Under the pieces are notes generated by a model. It saw only the letters and a list, made by a program, of their open reading frames with translations. It ran no database searches and had not been told where the DNA came from. Shown one piece after another: positions 41,397 to 51,031 of a DNA stretch of 64,000 nucleotides. Source of the DNA: an uncultured Clostridium sp. Lineage in GTDB: Bacteria; Bacillota; Clostridia; TANB77; CAG-508. The position numbers and the translations under genes are program-made. The first letter of the stretch is position 1. Each line of letters begins with the position of its first letter. The stretch spans positions 9,602 through 73,601 of the forward strand of contig CAOKEO010000003.1 in assembly GCA_948467495.1 (NCBI GenBank), read 5' to 3'.

Positions 41397-41583
41397 AAAT
41401 TGATTAAAAATAGTAAGATGTGCAATTTTCACATTCATTTTAATCCGAAGGTGTACATTGGTACATCGAGGTTATGATGATTACAATCTCACTTAGTTCA
41501 ATTGCATAAGTTATCTGTAGTCTGCTTTGCTTCACACAGCTAACTCAAAATTGTGCAGATTGCTGCTTTCAATCGATTTCACT
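41397..41583. repeat. composite repeat: long imperfect palindrome (core GAAGGTGTAC-ATTG-GTACATCGAGG) with a 68-bp CACAATCTCAC..CACACAGC module (41479..41546) inserted in its right arm
   Basis: The arms GAAATTGATTAAAAA.. and ..CTTTCAATCGATTTC are complementary. The inserted module recurs at six other sites. Confidence 0.75.
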
Positions 41584-41952
41584 CTATTTTTTGCTTTTGC
41601 TAACCAACTTCCTAGGACCCTTTCTAGTTCTAGCATTCGTTTTAGTTCTTTGTCCTCTAACAGGAAGACCTCTTCTATGTCTTAGTCCTCTGTAGCATCC
41701 TATTTCAGTAAGTCTTTTGATATTAAGAGCAACTTCTCTTCTCAAGTCTCCCTCTACTGTATATGATTCGTCAATTACTTTTCTAATATCATTTACTTGA
41801 TCATCTGTTAAATCTTTAATTCTAGTATCTGGATTTATACCAGCTTTTTCAAGAATTTTTCTAGAACTTGATACGCCTATACCATAAATGTAGGTAAGTC
41901 CTATTTCCACTCTTTTTTCCTTTGGTAAATCTACTCCTGCTATACGAGCCAT
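41584..41952 (-). CDS. rpsM: 30S ribosomal protein S13
   Basis: [26 protein letters not shown]... GGAGGTG 9 nt upstream of ATG 41952. Confidence 0.97.
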   Translation of the reverse strand: MARIAGVDLPKEKRVEIGLTYIYGIGVSSSRKILEKAGINPDTRIKDLTDDQVNDIRKVIDESYTVEGDLRREVALNIKRLTEIGCYRGLRHRRGLPVRGQRTKTNARTRKGPRKLVSKSKK

Positions 41953-42177
41953 ATTTTTTTGCACCTCCAAATTTTTTAATACTTACAAATTCGCTTTGCT
42001 CATCTGTATCAATTTTTTATTTGTCCTAAAAACATTTAAAGGTGAAATGCTACTGGTGTTTACCCCAGTCTCTTTAACGTTTTAAGACATATATATAAAC
42101 ACAAATTTGATATGTAACCCCTATTTTACAAAGGCTCACAGCCGCTACCTAATTTGTGTTATGAACAAATATAAGGA

Positions 42178-42291
42178 TTAACCTTGTCTTTGTTTGTGTT
42201 TAGGGTTTTCACAAATAACTCTAATCACACCTTTTCTTTTTATAATTTTGCATTTATCACATATTTTCTTTACTGATGGTCTTACTTTCAT
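42178..42291 (-). CDS. rpmJ: 50S ribosomal protein L36
   Basis: My translation is [37 protein letters not shown]. It is below the ORF-track size cut-off. GAGGAGGTG upstream. Confidence 0.93.
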   Translation of the reverse strand: MKVRPSVKKICDKCKIIKRKGVIRVICENPKHKQRQG

Positions 42292-42511
42292 TTCTGCACC
42301 TCCTCTTTCTTGACAGGGGACACACCTTACTGTGTTGTTTTTTACTTAGGTTAAGGAATGTCTCCTCCCCTTAGATTAAGTGTCTCTACTTTTTAGTCCT
42401 CTGTTTTGTAGTTTCTATATTGGGTTAATTTTTAACTTTTTTACTATCCATACCAAAACAAATAAAATTATTGTTGTTCATTCCTGATTGCTCAAGCAAC
42501 AAGGTAATCAT

Positions 42512-42730
42512 TTACTTTGCTCTCCAAGTAATTCTTCCTCTTGTTAAGTCATAAGGTGACAACTCTACTTTCACCTTATCTCCTGGTAAAATTTTAATAT
42601 AGTTCATTCTCAATTTTCCAGAAATATGAGCTAATATCTGATGTCCATTTTCAAGTTCCACTTTGAAATTAGTATTTGGTAAAGATTCTACTACTTTTCC
42701 CTCTACCTCAATCACATCTTCTTTCGCCAA
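42512..42730 (-). CDS. infA: translation initiation factor IF-1
   Basis: (M)[52 protein letters not shown]... TTG start 42730 with AAGGAGGG 7 nt upstream. Confidence 0.95.
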   Translation of the reverse strand: MAKEDVIEVEGKVVESLPNTNFKVELENGHQILAHISGKLRMNYIKILPGDKVKVELSPYDLTRGRITWRAK

Positions 42731-42819
42731 TTTTTTTCCCTCCTTAAAGAGCACTTTTCCTTGATTATTATGCAAAATATGGCTATTTTGCATAATAACT
42801 ATTAGATTATATACTATTT

Positions 42820-43590
42820 TTAAAGTATTGTCAATATTTCCGGCTCTTTTTCTGTAATTAAAATGGTATTTTCATAGTGAGCTGCCAAACTCCCATCTTC
42901 TGTCATAATCGTCCACCCATCATCTAATTCTAAAATATTAGGCTTTCCTGCTATTACCATGGGTTCTATCGCCAATGTCATACCTGGTTCCAATCGAATT
43001 CCCCTTCCTGCTTTTCCATAATTAGGAATCCCTGGATCTTCATGCATTTCTTTTCCAATGCCGTGTCCTTGAAACTCTCTTATAACAGAATATCCTTGTG
43101 AACGTACATACTCTCCAATCGCATGACATACATCACCAATTCGATTTCCTACTTTAGCATATTGAATGCCTTCAAAAAATGCTTGTTTGGTCACTTGCAC
43201 TAGTCTTTCCGCCTCTTTTGATGCTTTCCCAACAAGAAAGGTTCTAGCAGCATCGCCATGATAGCCATTTTTTAAAGCAACTGTATCAATACTTACCACA
43301 TCGCCCTCTTTTATAATTCTATCTTTAGAAGGAATTCCATGAATTACCTCATCATTAATAGAAACACAAAGGGAAGCTGGAAAAGGTGGTACTCCTTTGA
43401 TTCCAATATCATATCCTTTTTCTGCTGGAATCGCCCCCAAACTTCTCATTTTTCGTTCTGCTATTTGGTCTAATTCCCATGTTGACATCCCTGGCTTGAT
43501 ATGTTGTTCTAGTTCCTGATATGTTAATGCAACAACTTTACATACCTCTTGCATTAAAGTAATCTCTTTTTTTGACTTAATGGTTACCAA
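42820..43590 (-). CDS. map: type I methionine aminopeptidase
   Basis: 256 aa with metal ligands in ..[14 protein letters not shown].., ..GHGIG.. and ..AIEPM... TTG start. Confidence 0.93.
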   Translation of the reverse strand: MVTIKSKKEITLMQEVCKVVALTYQELEQHIKPGMSTWELDQIAERKMRSLGAIPAEKGYDIGIKGVPPFPASLCVSINDEVIHGIPSKDRIIKEGDVVSIDTVALKNGYHGDAARTFLVGKASKEAERLVQVTKQAFFEGIQYAKVGNRIGDVCHAIGEYVRSQGYSVIREFQGHGIGKEMHEDPGIPNYGKAGRGIRLEPGMTLAIEPMVIAGKPNILELDDGWTIMTEDGSLAAHYENTILITEKEPEILTIL

Positions 43591-43671
43591 CTTAACTCGT
43601 CCTCTCTCTTTTCTAGTTAATGCTATTTATCTACCTAAGGTGTATCTATTATTTTTTACACCTTAAATAGA

Positions 43672-44331
43672 TTACACTGATTTTATGATATCTTCTGCTA
43701 CATCTTTTCCCATCCTATTAATAGAAGTACTTACTGTCTCTGTTCTTAAAACTCCTTTGTTTTCGTAGTATTCTACTAATGGGCTGGTTTGTTCTTCGTA
43801 AATTTGTAATCTCTTATGAATTGCCCCTGAATTACAATCATCTTCTCTTTGTTTCAAAGAAGAACCACATTTATCGCAAATCCCATCTACTTTTGGTGGA
43901 TTTAATTTAATATTATAAGTTGCTTTACAATCTTGATTCGTACATACTCTTCTTGTTAGCATTCTATCAATCAACTCTTCTTTTGGTGTTTGTAAATTAA
44001 TGACTAAATCTACTTTTTTTCCAAACTCTTGTAAAATTTCATCTAATTTTTCAGCTTGTTGTATGGTTCTTGGAAAACCATCTAAAATAGCACCATTTTG
44101 TGCATCCTCTTCTTTTAAACGATTGATTACCATAGGAACCGTTATCTCATCTGGTACCAATTCTCCTTTTGCCATATATTCATTTGCTTTCATTCCTAAT
44201 TCTGTTTTTTCACTAAGATTTTTTCTGAAAATATCCCCTGTTGATATCTGTGGCCACCCCTTTTGTTGGCTAATTAGTCCTGCTACTGTTCCCTTTCCTG
44301 TCCCTTGTGCTCCTAACATGATAATTACCAT
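43672..44331 (-). CDS. adk: adenylate kinase (Cys4 zinc lid)
   Basis: MVIIMLGAQGTGKGT P-loop, lid CTNQDCKATYN...CDKCGSSL. Confidence 0.93.
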   Translation of the reverse strand: MVIIMLGAQGTGKGTVAGLISQQKGWPQISTGDIFRKNLSEKTELGMKANEYMAKGELVPDEITVPMVINRLKEEDAQNGAILDGFPRTIQQAEKLDEILQEFGKKVDLVINLQTPKEELIDRMLTRRVCTNQDCKATYNIKLNPPKVDGICDKCGSSLKQREDDCNSGAIHKRLQIYEEQTSPLVEYYENKGVLRTETVSTSINRMGKDVAEDIIKSV

Positions 44332-44608
44332 ATAAATCCCTCTTTTCATCTTATAAAAATTAGATTATTATATAAATTGTCTAAAACGCAATTAATAATC
44401 TTTATCATATCTATTCTTTTCCTATTCATAAACATGATAAAAATTATTAAATAGAACAACAGTGGCATGTTAAAATTTCTTCACCTTTTAGATTAGTTTT
44501 CATGCCACACCCGTTGTTCGTTCGCCAAAATTGCAAGCAATTTTCTGTAAAATGCTTTCTATTATAGGAAATTCAGAGAATTTTCCTATAATAGAACAAA
44601 ACTAAGAT

Positions 44609-45928
44609 TTATTCTAAGAAACCTTTATAGTGTCTCATCGCTAATTGAGATTCTAGTTGTTGTACCGTTTCTAAAGCAACTCCCACAACAATTAAGATAG
44701 ATGTCCCACCAAATGCAATATTTAGATTGGTAAATCTCAATAACATTGGCAAGATAGCTATTACTGCTAAGAATAATCCTCCAAATACCGTTAATTTAGA
44801 TATAATAGATGATAAATATTCAGTGGTTGGTTTACCAGCTCTAATTCCTGGTATAAATCCGCCATTTTTCTTAATATTATTGGATACTTCTGCTGGATTA
44901 AAAGTAGCATACGTATAGAAAAAAGTAAATCCAACAATTAATAGTAAATAAACAAGAGCATTTGCTATCGAATAGCTAATTCCTACATCAGATGTAGAAG
45001 TAGCAATTGAAAAATTATATAATCCTGCTAAAAATCCCGTATGACTTGCTATATCTGGTACAAAAATTTGAATAATCATAGCTGGAAATGTCATAAAAGA
45101 AGAAGCAAAAATAACTGGCATAACTCCTGCCATAGCAAGTTTTAATGGAATATGTGTACTTTGTGCACCTACCATTTTTCTTCCCACTACTTTTTTAGAA
45201 TATTGTACTGGTACTCTTCTTTCTGCTTGTTGAACAAATACTACTCCTGCTACTAATACTAAAGCACCTATAACAATTCCAATTGCTGTCAATAATCCTG
45301 TTGTGCTAAAGCCTTGTTCTGTCATTATTTGATTCCATAAAGTTGGCAGACCACTTGGTAATCTTGAAATAATACCAATAAAGATTAATAAAGAAATTCC
45401 ATTTCCAATTCCTTTATTGGTAATTTGGTCTCCTAACCACATAAGAACAGATGTACCTGCTACTAGTCCAACCACTACTAATGAACCTGTTAGGAAACTT
45501 TGATTCACAAATATACCAGAAGATTTATAAGATAAATAAACTCCAATTGCTTCTACTAACGCTAAAATAATAGTTAATATTTTGGTATATCTATTTATTT
45601 TTTGTCTTCCTTCTTCTCCGCCTTCTTTGGTCAATTTTTCTAAAGCTGGTATAATCATAGCCAATAGTTGAATCACAATAGAGGCTGTTATGTATGGACT
45701 AATTGACATAGCAAAAACAGAAAATCTAGAAAATGCCCCTCCTGAAATCATATCAATTAATCCTGCAAATCCATTCGTATTTCCCATTGCTTCATTTAGT
45801 GCTACACTATTTACACCTGGTACTGTAATAAAGCACCCAAGCCTAAATACAACAATTAGCACTAATGTGTATAATAGTCTTTTTCTTACATCTGGCGTCT
45901 TTATTGCATTTTTGATTGTTTTAAACAA
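44609..45928 (-). CDS. secY: preprotein translocase subunit SecY
   Basis: 439 aa, 10 TM helices, typical SecY sequence. TTG start directly after the rplO stop with GAGGTGG upstream. Confidence 0.96.
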   Translation of the reverse strand: MFKTIKNAIKTPDVRKRLLYTLVLIVVFRLGCFITVPGVNSVALNEAMGNTNGFAGLIDMISGGAFSRFSVFAMSISPYITASIVIQLLAMIIPALEKLTKEGGEEGRQKINRYTKILTIILALVEAIGVYLSYKSSGIFVNQSFLTGSLVVVGLVAGTSVLMWLGDQITNKGIGNGISLLIFIGIISRLPSGLPTLWNQIMTEQGFSTTGLLTAIGIVIGALVLVAGVVFVQQAERRVPVQYSKKVVGRKMVGAQSTHIPLKLAMAGVMPVIFASSFMTFPAMIIQIFVPDIASHTGFLAGLYNFSIATSTSDVGISYSIANALVYLLLIVGFTFFYTYATFNPAEVSNNIKKNGGFIPGIRAGKPTTEYLSSIISKLTVFGGLFLAVIAILPMLLRFTNLNIAFGGTSILIVVGVALETVQQLESQLAMRHYKGFLE

Positions 45929-46363
45929 TTAAACCACCTCAGCCTTTCCGCCTAAAGCTTCAATTGCTTCTTTGGCTTTTGCTGTAAATCTTTTTGCTTT
46001 AATATTTAACTTCTTGTCTAATTTTCCTGTTGCTAACACTACGATTCCATCATTAACTTTTCCGATAATTCCTTCTGCCAATAAGGTTTCTGCTGTTACT
46101 TCGGTAGCTTTTGATAGATTTAACATTTTTAATGTTACCTCTGTATAAGTTTTGGCATGAATATTGGTGAAACCTCTTTTTGGTAATCTTCTATATAATG
46201 GTGTTTGACCACCTTCAAAACCTCTTCTTACGCCTCCACCACTTCTTGCTTTTTGTCCTTTATGTCCTCTTCCAGATGTCTTTCCATTTCCAGAAGCCAT
46301 TCCACGACCTACTCTATTTCTCTTTACTTTACCTACAGTTGGTTTTAACTCATTTATTTTCAT
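45929..46363 (-). CDS. rplO: 50S ribosomal protein L15
   Basis: [53 protein letters not shown] upstream of ATG 46363. Confidence 0.95.
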   Translation of the reverse strand: MKINELKPTVGKVKRNRVGRGMASGNGKTSGRGHKGQKARSGGGVRRGFEGGQTPLYRRLPKRGFTNIHAKTYTEVTLKMLNLSKATEVTAETLLAEGIIGKVNDGIVVLATGKLDKKLNIKAKRFTAKAKEAIEALGGKAEVV

Positions 46364-46419
46364 TTGGTATTTTGCACCTCCTCTTTCTAAGTTAGCCGTT
46401 AGCGACAAAGGAGCTTTAC

Positions 46420-46636
46420 GGATAACTTATGCAAAATGCGTAAGCATTTTGTAATCCTTAATTTCCTTCTTTTGCCTTTCTCTACCTATGATGAATTATG
46501 GATAACATGCACAAAATGCGCAAGCATTTTGTAATCCTTAATTTCCTTCTTCTGCCTTTCTCTACCTATGATGAATTATGGATAACATGCAAAATGCGTA
46601 AGCATTTTGTAATCCTTAATTCTCTTCTTTGCCTCT
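46420..46636. repeat. tandem repeat, 80-bp period, 2.7 copies, occupying the position where rpmD (L30) normally lies
   Basis: Units start at 46420, 46500 and 46580. Each has an 8-bp hairpin CAAAATGC-GTAA/GCAA-GCATTTTG. Confidence 0.9.
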
Positions 46637-46650
46637 TAGCTATATTCACA

Positions 46651-47136
46651 TTATAAAATATCTTCTACTTTTTTACCTCTCTTTTTAGCCACTTGTTCTA
46701 CTGTTTGCATAGCCTTTAATCCTTCAATTGTAGCATAAACAACATTTCTTGGATTATTGGTTCCAATAACTTTTGTTCTAATATTTCTATAACCAGCTAG
46801 TTCCATAACTGGTCTTACGCTTCCACCTGCTATGATACCAGTACCAACTGCTGCTGGTTTTAGCATAACTTTAGCACTACCAAAAGTCCCAACATATTCA
46901 TGAGGTACAGTTGTTTCAACGATTGGCACTTCCACTAAGTTCTTTTTCGCTTCTTGGATTGCTTTTTTGATAGCATCTGGAACTTCTGCTGCTTTACCAT
47001 TTCCTACACCTACATGACCATTTTCGTCTCCTACTACTACGACAGCACTAAATCTAAAAGTTCTACCACCTTTAACAACTTTAGCAACTCTATTAATAGC
47101 TACAACCTTTTCTTTTAATTCATTTTTCTCTTCCAT
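46651..47136 (-). CDS. rpsE: 30S ribosomal protein S5
   Basis: [26 protein letters not shown].... Confidence 0.97.
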   Translation of the reverse strand: MEEKNELKEKVVAINRVAKVVKGGRTFRFSAVVVVGDENGHVGVGNGKAAEVPDAIKKAIQEAKKNLVEVPIVETTVPHEYVGTFGSAKVMLKPAAVGTGIIAGGSVRPVMELAGYRNIRTKVIGTNNPRNVVYATIEGLKAMQTVEQVAKKRGKKVEDIL

Positions 47137-47229
47137 AGGTTTTTGTTAATCCTCCTTTTCTTGTTTTTGTCAAGGGACACTTTATTTATCCATAAGTGTT
47201 TACCCTATCTTAATTTCTGATATTTATTT

Positions 47230-47589
47230 TTAGAACTTAAGTCCACCTTCTCTTGCTGCTTCTGCTAGTTCTTTAACAACACCATGATAAATATATCCAC
47301 CACGGTCAAAAACAACGGTTTCAATCTTTTTATCAGCTGCTTTTTTAGCAATTAAAGTACCTAATTCTTTAGCGGCTTCTTTATTAGCATGTTTTGTTTT
47401 GATTTCCTTATCTAATGTTGAAGCTGATACTAATGTATTTCCTGCAACATCATCGATAATTTGTACATATAAATTTGTATTACTTCTATATATACATAAT
47501 CTTGGTCTTTCTAGTGTTCCAGATATCTTTCTTCTTACACGAATGTGTCTTCTCGTTCTTTCCATTTTTCTATCTGTCTTTTTAACCAT
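47230..47589 (-). CDS. rplR: 50S ribosomal protein L18
   Basis: [25 protein letters not shown]...[27 protein letters not shown]. Confidence 0.97.
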   Translation of the reverse strand: MVKKTDRKMERTRRHIRVRRKISGTLERPRLCIYRSNTNLYVQIIDDVAGNTLVSASTLDKEIKTKHANKEAAKELGTLIAKKAADKKIETVVFDRGGYIYHGVVKELAEAAREGGLKF

Positions 47590-47632
47590 TTCCTTACTCC
47601 TTTCTAAAAATTGAGTTTTTACTATTCATTCA

Positions 47633-47759
47633 TAATTCAAATCAAATTTGATATATTGTGCATTTTTCAGATTGATTACAAGCCGAAGGTGTACGTTGGT
47701 ACATCGAGGTTTGAAATCAATATGGAAAATGTACAAAATGTTAATTTTCATTTGAATTA
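47633..47759. repeat. 127-nt imperfect palindrome filling the rplF-rplR spacer
   Basis: Pairing partners sum to 95392 (e.g. 47681:47711). Inner hairpin GGTGTAC-GTTG-GTACATC. 5 G:T pairs and no A:C pairs on the plus strand. Confidence 0.85.
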
Positions 47760-47761
47760 GT

Positions 47762-48298
47762 TTATTTTCCAGTCTTACCTTCCTTACGTCTAATAACCTC
47801 ATCAGCGTATTTAATCCCTTTTCCTCTATACACTTCTGGTGGTCTTTTCATTCTAATAACTGCTGCTGTTTGACCAACTAATTCTTTATCAATTCCATTT
47901 ACAATAATCGTATTAGCATTTGGAACATCAAAAGTAATTCCATCTGGTGCTTCAAAAATAACTGGATGTGAATAACCTAAAGTTAAATTTAAGTTATTTC
48001 CTTGTTTTGCTACTCTATATCCAACACCATTAATTTGTAATTCTTTACTATAGCTACTGGTTACACCAATAATCATATTATTGATTAATGTCCTAGTTAA
48101 GCCATGTAAGCTTCTGTTAGCTGGTTCATCATCTTTTCTAGTAACTGTAATGATATTATCTTCCATTTTAACAGAAATATTTTTATGTATTTCTCTTGCT
48201 AATGTACCTTTTGGTCCTGTTACAGTAATATTTTGTCCTTCTATTTTCACTTGTACTTCTGATGGTACTGTGATAGGTTTATTTCCTATTCTTGACAT
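47762..48298 (-). CDS. rplF: 50S ribosomal protein L6
   Basis: MSRIGNKPITVPSEVQVKIEGQNITVTGPKG.... Confidence 0.97.
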   Translation of the reverse strand: MSRIGNKPITVPSEVQVKIEGQNITVTGPKGTLAREIHKNISVKMEDNIITVTRKDDEPANRSLHGLTRTLINNMIIGVTSSYSKELQINGVGYRVAKQGNNLNLTLGYSHPVIFEAPDGITFDVPNANTIIVNGIDKELVGQTAAVIRMKRPPEVYRGKGIKYADEVIRRKEGKTGK

Positions 48299-48380
48299 TA
48301 TTTTCCCTCCTTTTTTAATGATTACAATCTCACTTTGCTCGATTGCATAAATTATTTGTAGTTCGCTTCACACAACTAAC

Positions 48381-48779
48381 TTACCATACATAGGCTAATA
48401 CTTCTCCACCAACACCTAATTCTCTAGCTTCTTTATCTGTTTTTAGTCCTTTTGATGTAGAAATGATAGCAATTCCTAATCCATTTAATACCTTTGGTAA
48501 TTCTTCTTTGGATGCGTACACTCTTAATCCTGGTTTACTAATTCTTTTTAAACCATCAATTACTCTGGTTCCTTTTTCATCATATTTTAGTGTAATTCTT
48601 ATGATTCCTTGTGTATCATCTTTGATTTCTTCAAAAGATTTTATATATCCTTCTTTGAATAGAATTTCAGCAATTCCTCGTTTCATATTGGAAGCTGGAA
48701 CATCTACTGTTTTATGCTTTGAACTATTTGCATTTCTAATTCTTGTTAACATATCTGCAATTGGATCTGTAATGTTCAT
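48381..48779 (-). CDS. rpsH: 30S ribosomal protein S8
   Basis: [18 protein letters not shown]...GGEVLAYVW. Confidence 0.97.
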   Translation of the reverse strand: MNITDPIADMLTRIRNANSSKHKTVDVPASNMKRGIAEILFKEGYIKSFEEIKDDTQGIIRITLKYDEKGTRVIDGLKRISKPGLRVYASKEELPKVLNGLGIAIISTSKGLKTDKEARELGVGGEVLAYVW

Positions 48780-48866
48780 GAATTACTTACCTCCTTTTCT
48801 TCTTTCTTAGCAAGGGGCTTATTTCCCCTTCTTATCTTTATTTTAGCATTTATTTATTTGTTAAAA

Positions 48867-48981
48867 AAATCAAAATTAGTATATTGTGCATTTTTGTTAA
48901 GTTTTTCAAGATGAAGGCGTACACGAGTACGTCGAAATTTGAAAAACTTACTGAAAATGTGCAAGATGCTGATTTTCATTT
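48867..48981. repeat. 115-nt imperfect palindrome in the rpsN-rpsH spacer
   Basis: Pairing partners sum to 97848. Inner hairpin GGCGTAC-ACGA-GTACGTC. 7 G:T pairs and no A:C pairs on the plus strand. Confidence 0.85.
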
Positions 48982-48987
48982 ATTTTA

Positions 48988-49173
48988 TTACCAGCTGGCT
49001 TTTTTTACACCTGGAATCTCTCCCTTATGTGCTAACTCTCTAAAACATACACGGCATATACCATATTTTCTGATATAGCTATGTGGTCTTCCACATAATT
49101 TACATCTGTTGTATTCTCTTGTTTTATATTTTTGTGGTCTAGCTTGTTTTATTTTCATTGACTTTTTAGCCAT
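48988..49173 (-). CDS. rpsN: 30S ribosomal protein S14, zinc-binding type Z
   Basis: 61 aa, [23 protein letters not shown]. Confidence 0.96.
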   Translation of the reverse strand: MAKKSMKIKQARPQKYKTREYNRCKLCGRPHSYIRKYGICRVCFRELAHKGEIPGVKKASW

Positions 49174-49194
49174 AATTTTACTCCTTTCTTACAG

Positions 49195-49477
49195 TTCACA
49201 ATCTCACTTTGTTCGATTGCGTAAGTCATCTGTAATTCGCTTAGCTTCACACAGCCTACTACTGAATGTTCACAATCTCACTCGTTCGATTGCGTAAGTC
49301 ATCCGTAATTCGCTTCGCTTCACACAGCCTACTACTGAATGTTCACAATCTCACTTCGTTCGATTGCGTAAGTCATCTGTAGTTCGCTTCGCTTCACACA
49401 GCCTACTACTGAATGTTCACAATCTCACTCGTTCGATTGCGTAAGTCATCTGTAGTTCGCTTCGCTTCACACAGCTG
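49195..49477. repeat. tandem array (3.8 copies, 73-74 bp) of the CACAATCTCAC..GATTGCGTAAGTCATCTGTA..CACACAGC module
   Basis: Units start at about 49195, 49269, 49342 and 49416. The last unit overlaps the final codons and stop of rplE. Confidence 0.92.
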
Positions 49478-50012
49478 ACTTAAATGGCATTCCTAATGCT
49501 TGTAATAATTCTTTTGATTCTTCGTCTGTTTTGGCTGTTGTTACAAATATGATGTCCATTCCTCTTAATTTATCAACTTTGTCATATTCAATTTCAGGGA
49601 ATATTAATTGTTCTTTTACTCCCATAGAGTAATTTCCTCTACCATCAAAAGAGTTTGTTGATACTCCTCTAAAATCTCTTACTCTTGGAAGGGCTACATT
49701 GAATAATTTGTAAGCAAAGTCATACATTTTGTCTGCTCTTAATGTTACTTTACATCCTATGTTCACACCTTCTCTTAATTTAAATGCTGCAATTGATTTT
49801 TTTGCTTTTGTAATAACTGGTTTTTGTCCTGTTATTTGCATTAAATCATTCATCGCATTTTCCAATGCTTTTGGATTTTCTTTTAAATCTCCTAATCCTA
49901 TATTAATTACTATCTTATCAAGTTTTGGTACTTGCATCACTGATTTATATTCAAATTTTTTCATTAATGCTGGGATTACTTCCTTTTCATATTGTTCTCT
50001 TAATTTTTCCAT
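49467..50012 (-). CDS. rplE: 50S ribosomal protein L5
   Basis: [20 protein letters not shown]...[15 protein letters not shown]. Start ATG 50012. Confidence 0.95.
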   Translation of the reverse strand: MEKLREQYEKEVIPALMKKFEYKSVMQVPKLDKIVINIGLGDLKENPKALENAMNDLMQITGQKPVITKAKKSIAAFKLREGVNIGCKVTLRADKMYDFAYKLFNVALPRVRDFRGVSTNSFDGRGNYSMGVKEQLIFPEIEYDKVDKLRGMDIIFVTTAKTDEESKELLQALGMPFKSAV

Positions 50013-50038
50013 AATCAACGAATCCTCCTTTCTTTCTT

Positions 50039-50347
50039 CTATTTTATGGTCGCACCGCATTTTTTACAAACACGTACTTTTTGGTCTTTTTCTATTTGAT
50101 ATCCAATTTTTGTAGCTTTACCACATTTTGAACATACTACATTTACTTTTGAACTTGGTATAGCACATTCAATTGCTATGATTCCGCTTTCTTCTCCTTG
50201 TTTTCTGGCTTTTACATGTTTTTTTCTAACATTTACACCTTTTACAATGATTTTATCAGTCTTTGGATTGATTTGTAACACTTCTCCTGTTTTACCTTTG
50301 TCATTTCCTGATAAAACTTGAACGTTATCACCTTTTTTGATTCTCAT
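50039..50347 (-). CDS. rplX: 50S ribosomal protein L24
   Basis: [23 protein letters not shown] (KOW motif). Confidence 0.96.
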   Translation of the reverse strand: MRIKKGDNVQVLSGNDKGKTGEVLQINPKTDKIIVKGVNVRKKHVKARKQGEESGIIAIECAIPSSKVNVVCSKCGKATKIGYQIEKDQKVRVCKKCGATIK

Positions 50348-50400
50348 TTAGGAATTTCCTCCTTTTCTTAGTTTTTATTTTTATTCTCTGTTGTAAAACG

Positions 50401-50640
50401 AATTAGAATTAGTATATTGTGCATTTTGCTGATACTGTTAAGCTTTAGCTGTTACAGTATCAGTATGCAAATGAATTTTATATTCATTTGCCCTCATTTC
50501 ACTAACTTCAAGCTGAAGGCGTACTCTTGTATGTCGAAATTATAATGACTACAATCTCACTTCGTTCGATTACATAAGTTATCTGTAGTTCGCTTTGCTT
50601 CACACAGCTAACTCAAAAATGCACAAGATGCTGATTATAA
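50401..50640. repeat. composite repeat: outer palindrome carrying two different inserted modules
   Basis: Left arm 50401..50430, double-hairpin module 50431..50512, core hairpin GAAGGCGTAC-TCTT-GTATGTCGAAA, CACAATCTCAC module 50547..50614, right arm AAAAATGCACAAGATGCTGATT. Confidence 0.75.
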
Positions 50641-50646
50641 TTTGTT

Positions 50647-51015
50647 TTATAGAACTTCTGGAGCTAATGAAAGAATTTTCATATACTCCTTCTCTCTTAA
50701 CTCTCTTGCAACTGGTCCAAAGATACGAGTTCCCTTTGGCGTTCCATCTTCTTTAATAATAACAGCTGCATTTTCATCAAATTTTATATATGAACCATCT
50801 GCTCTTCTTAATCCACTCTTAGATCTAACAATAACAGCTTTTACAACATCACCTTTTTTAACAACGCCACCTGGTGTTGCTGATTTAACAGAAGCAACTA
50901 TAACATCTCCTATATTAGATGTTTTTCTAAATGATCCTCCTAAACATCTGATACACATGATTTCTTTCGCCCCTGTGTTGTCTGCTACTTTTAATCTTGA
51001 TTGTTGTTGTATCAT
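50647..51015 (-). CDS. rplN: 50S ribosomal protein L14
   Basis: [23 protein letters not shown].... Confidence 0.98.
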   Translation of the reverse strand: MIQQQSRLKVADNTGAKEIMCIRCLGGSFRKTSNIGDVIVASVKSATPGGVVKKGDVVKAVIVRSKSGLRRADGSYIKFDENAAVIIKEDGTPKGTRIFGPVARELREKEYMKILSLAPEVL

Positions 51016-51031
51016 TTTGGTTCCTCCTTTC

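Noticed and set aside
42309-42316. TTGACA/TTGTCA hexamers inside the SD-proximal hairpins as internal promoters (also at 47170, 39090, 40815)
   Set aside because: No acceptable -10 hexamer lies 16-18 nt downstream on either strand. The hexamers form part of the conserved hairpin arm.
46420-46636. Mini-ORFs (for example MLTHFACYP) repeated in each 80-bp unit, with an AAGGA-like sequence upstream
   Set aside because: The frame and length are not conserved between units (MLTHFACYP versus MLAHFVHVIHNSS). A nucleic-acid structure explains the conservation better.
49195-49477. Possible CRISPR array, given regular 73-74-bp repeats
   Set aside because: The units are contiguous with no unique spacers, no cas genes are nearby, and the same unit occurs singly at many sites. 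It is a tandem repeat, not a CRISPR array.
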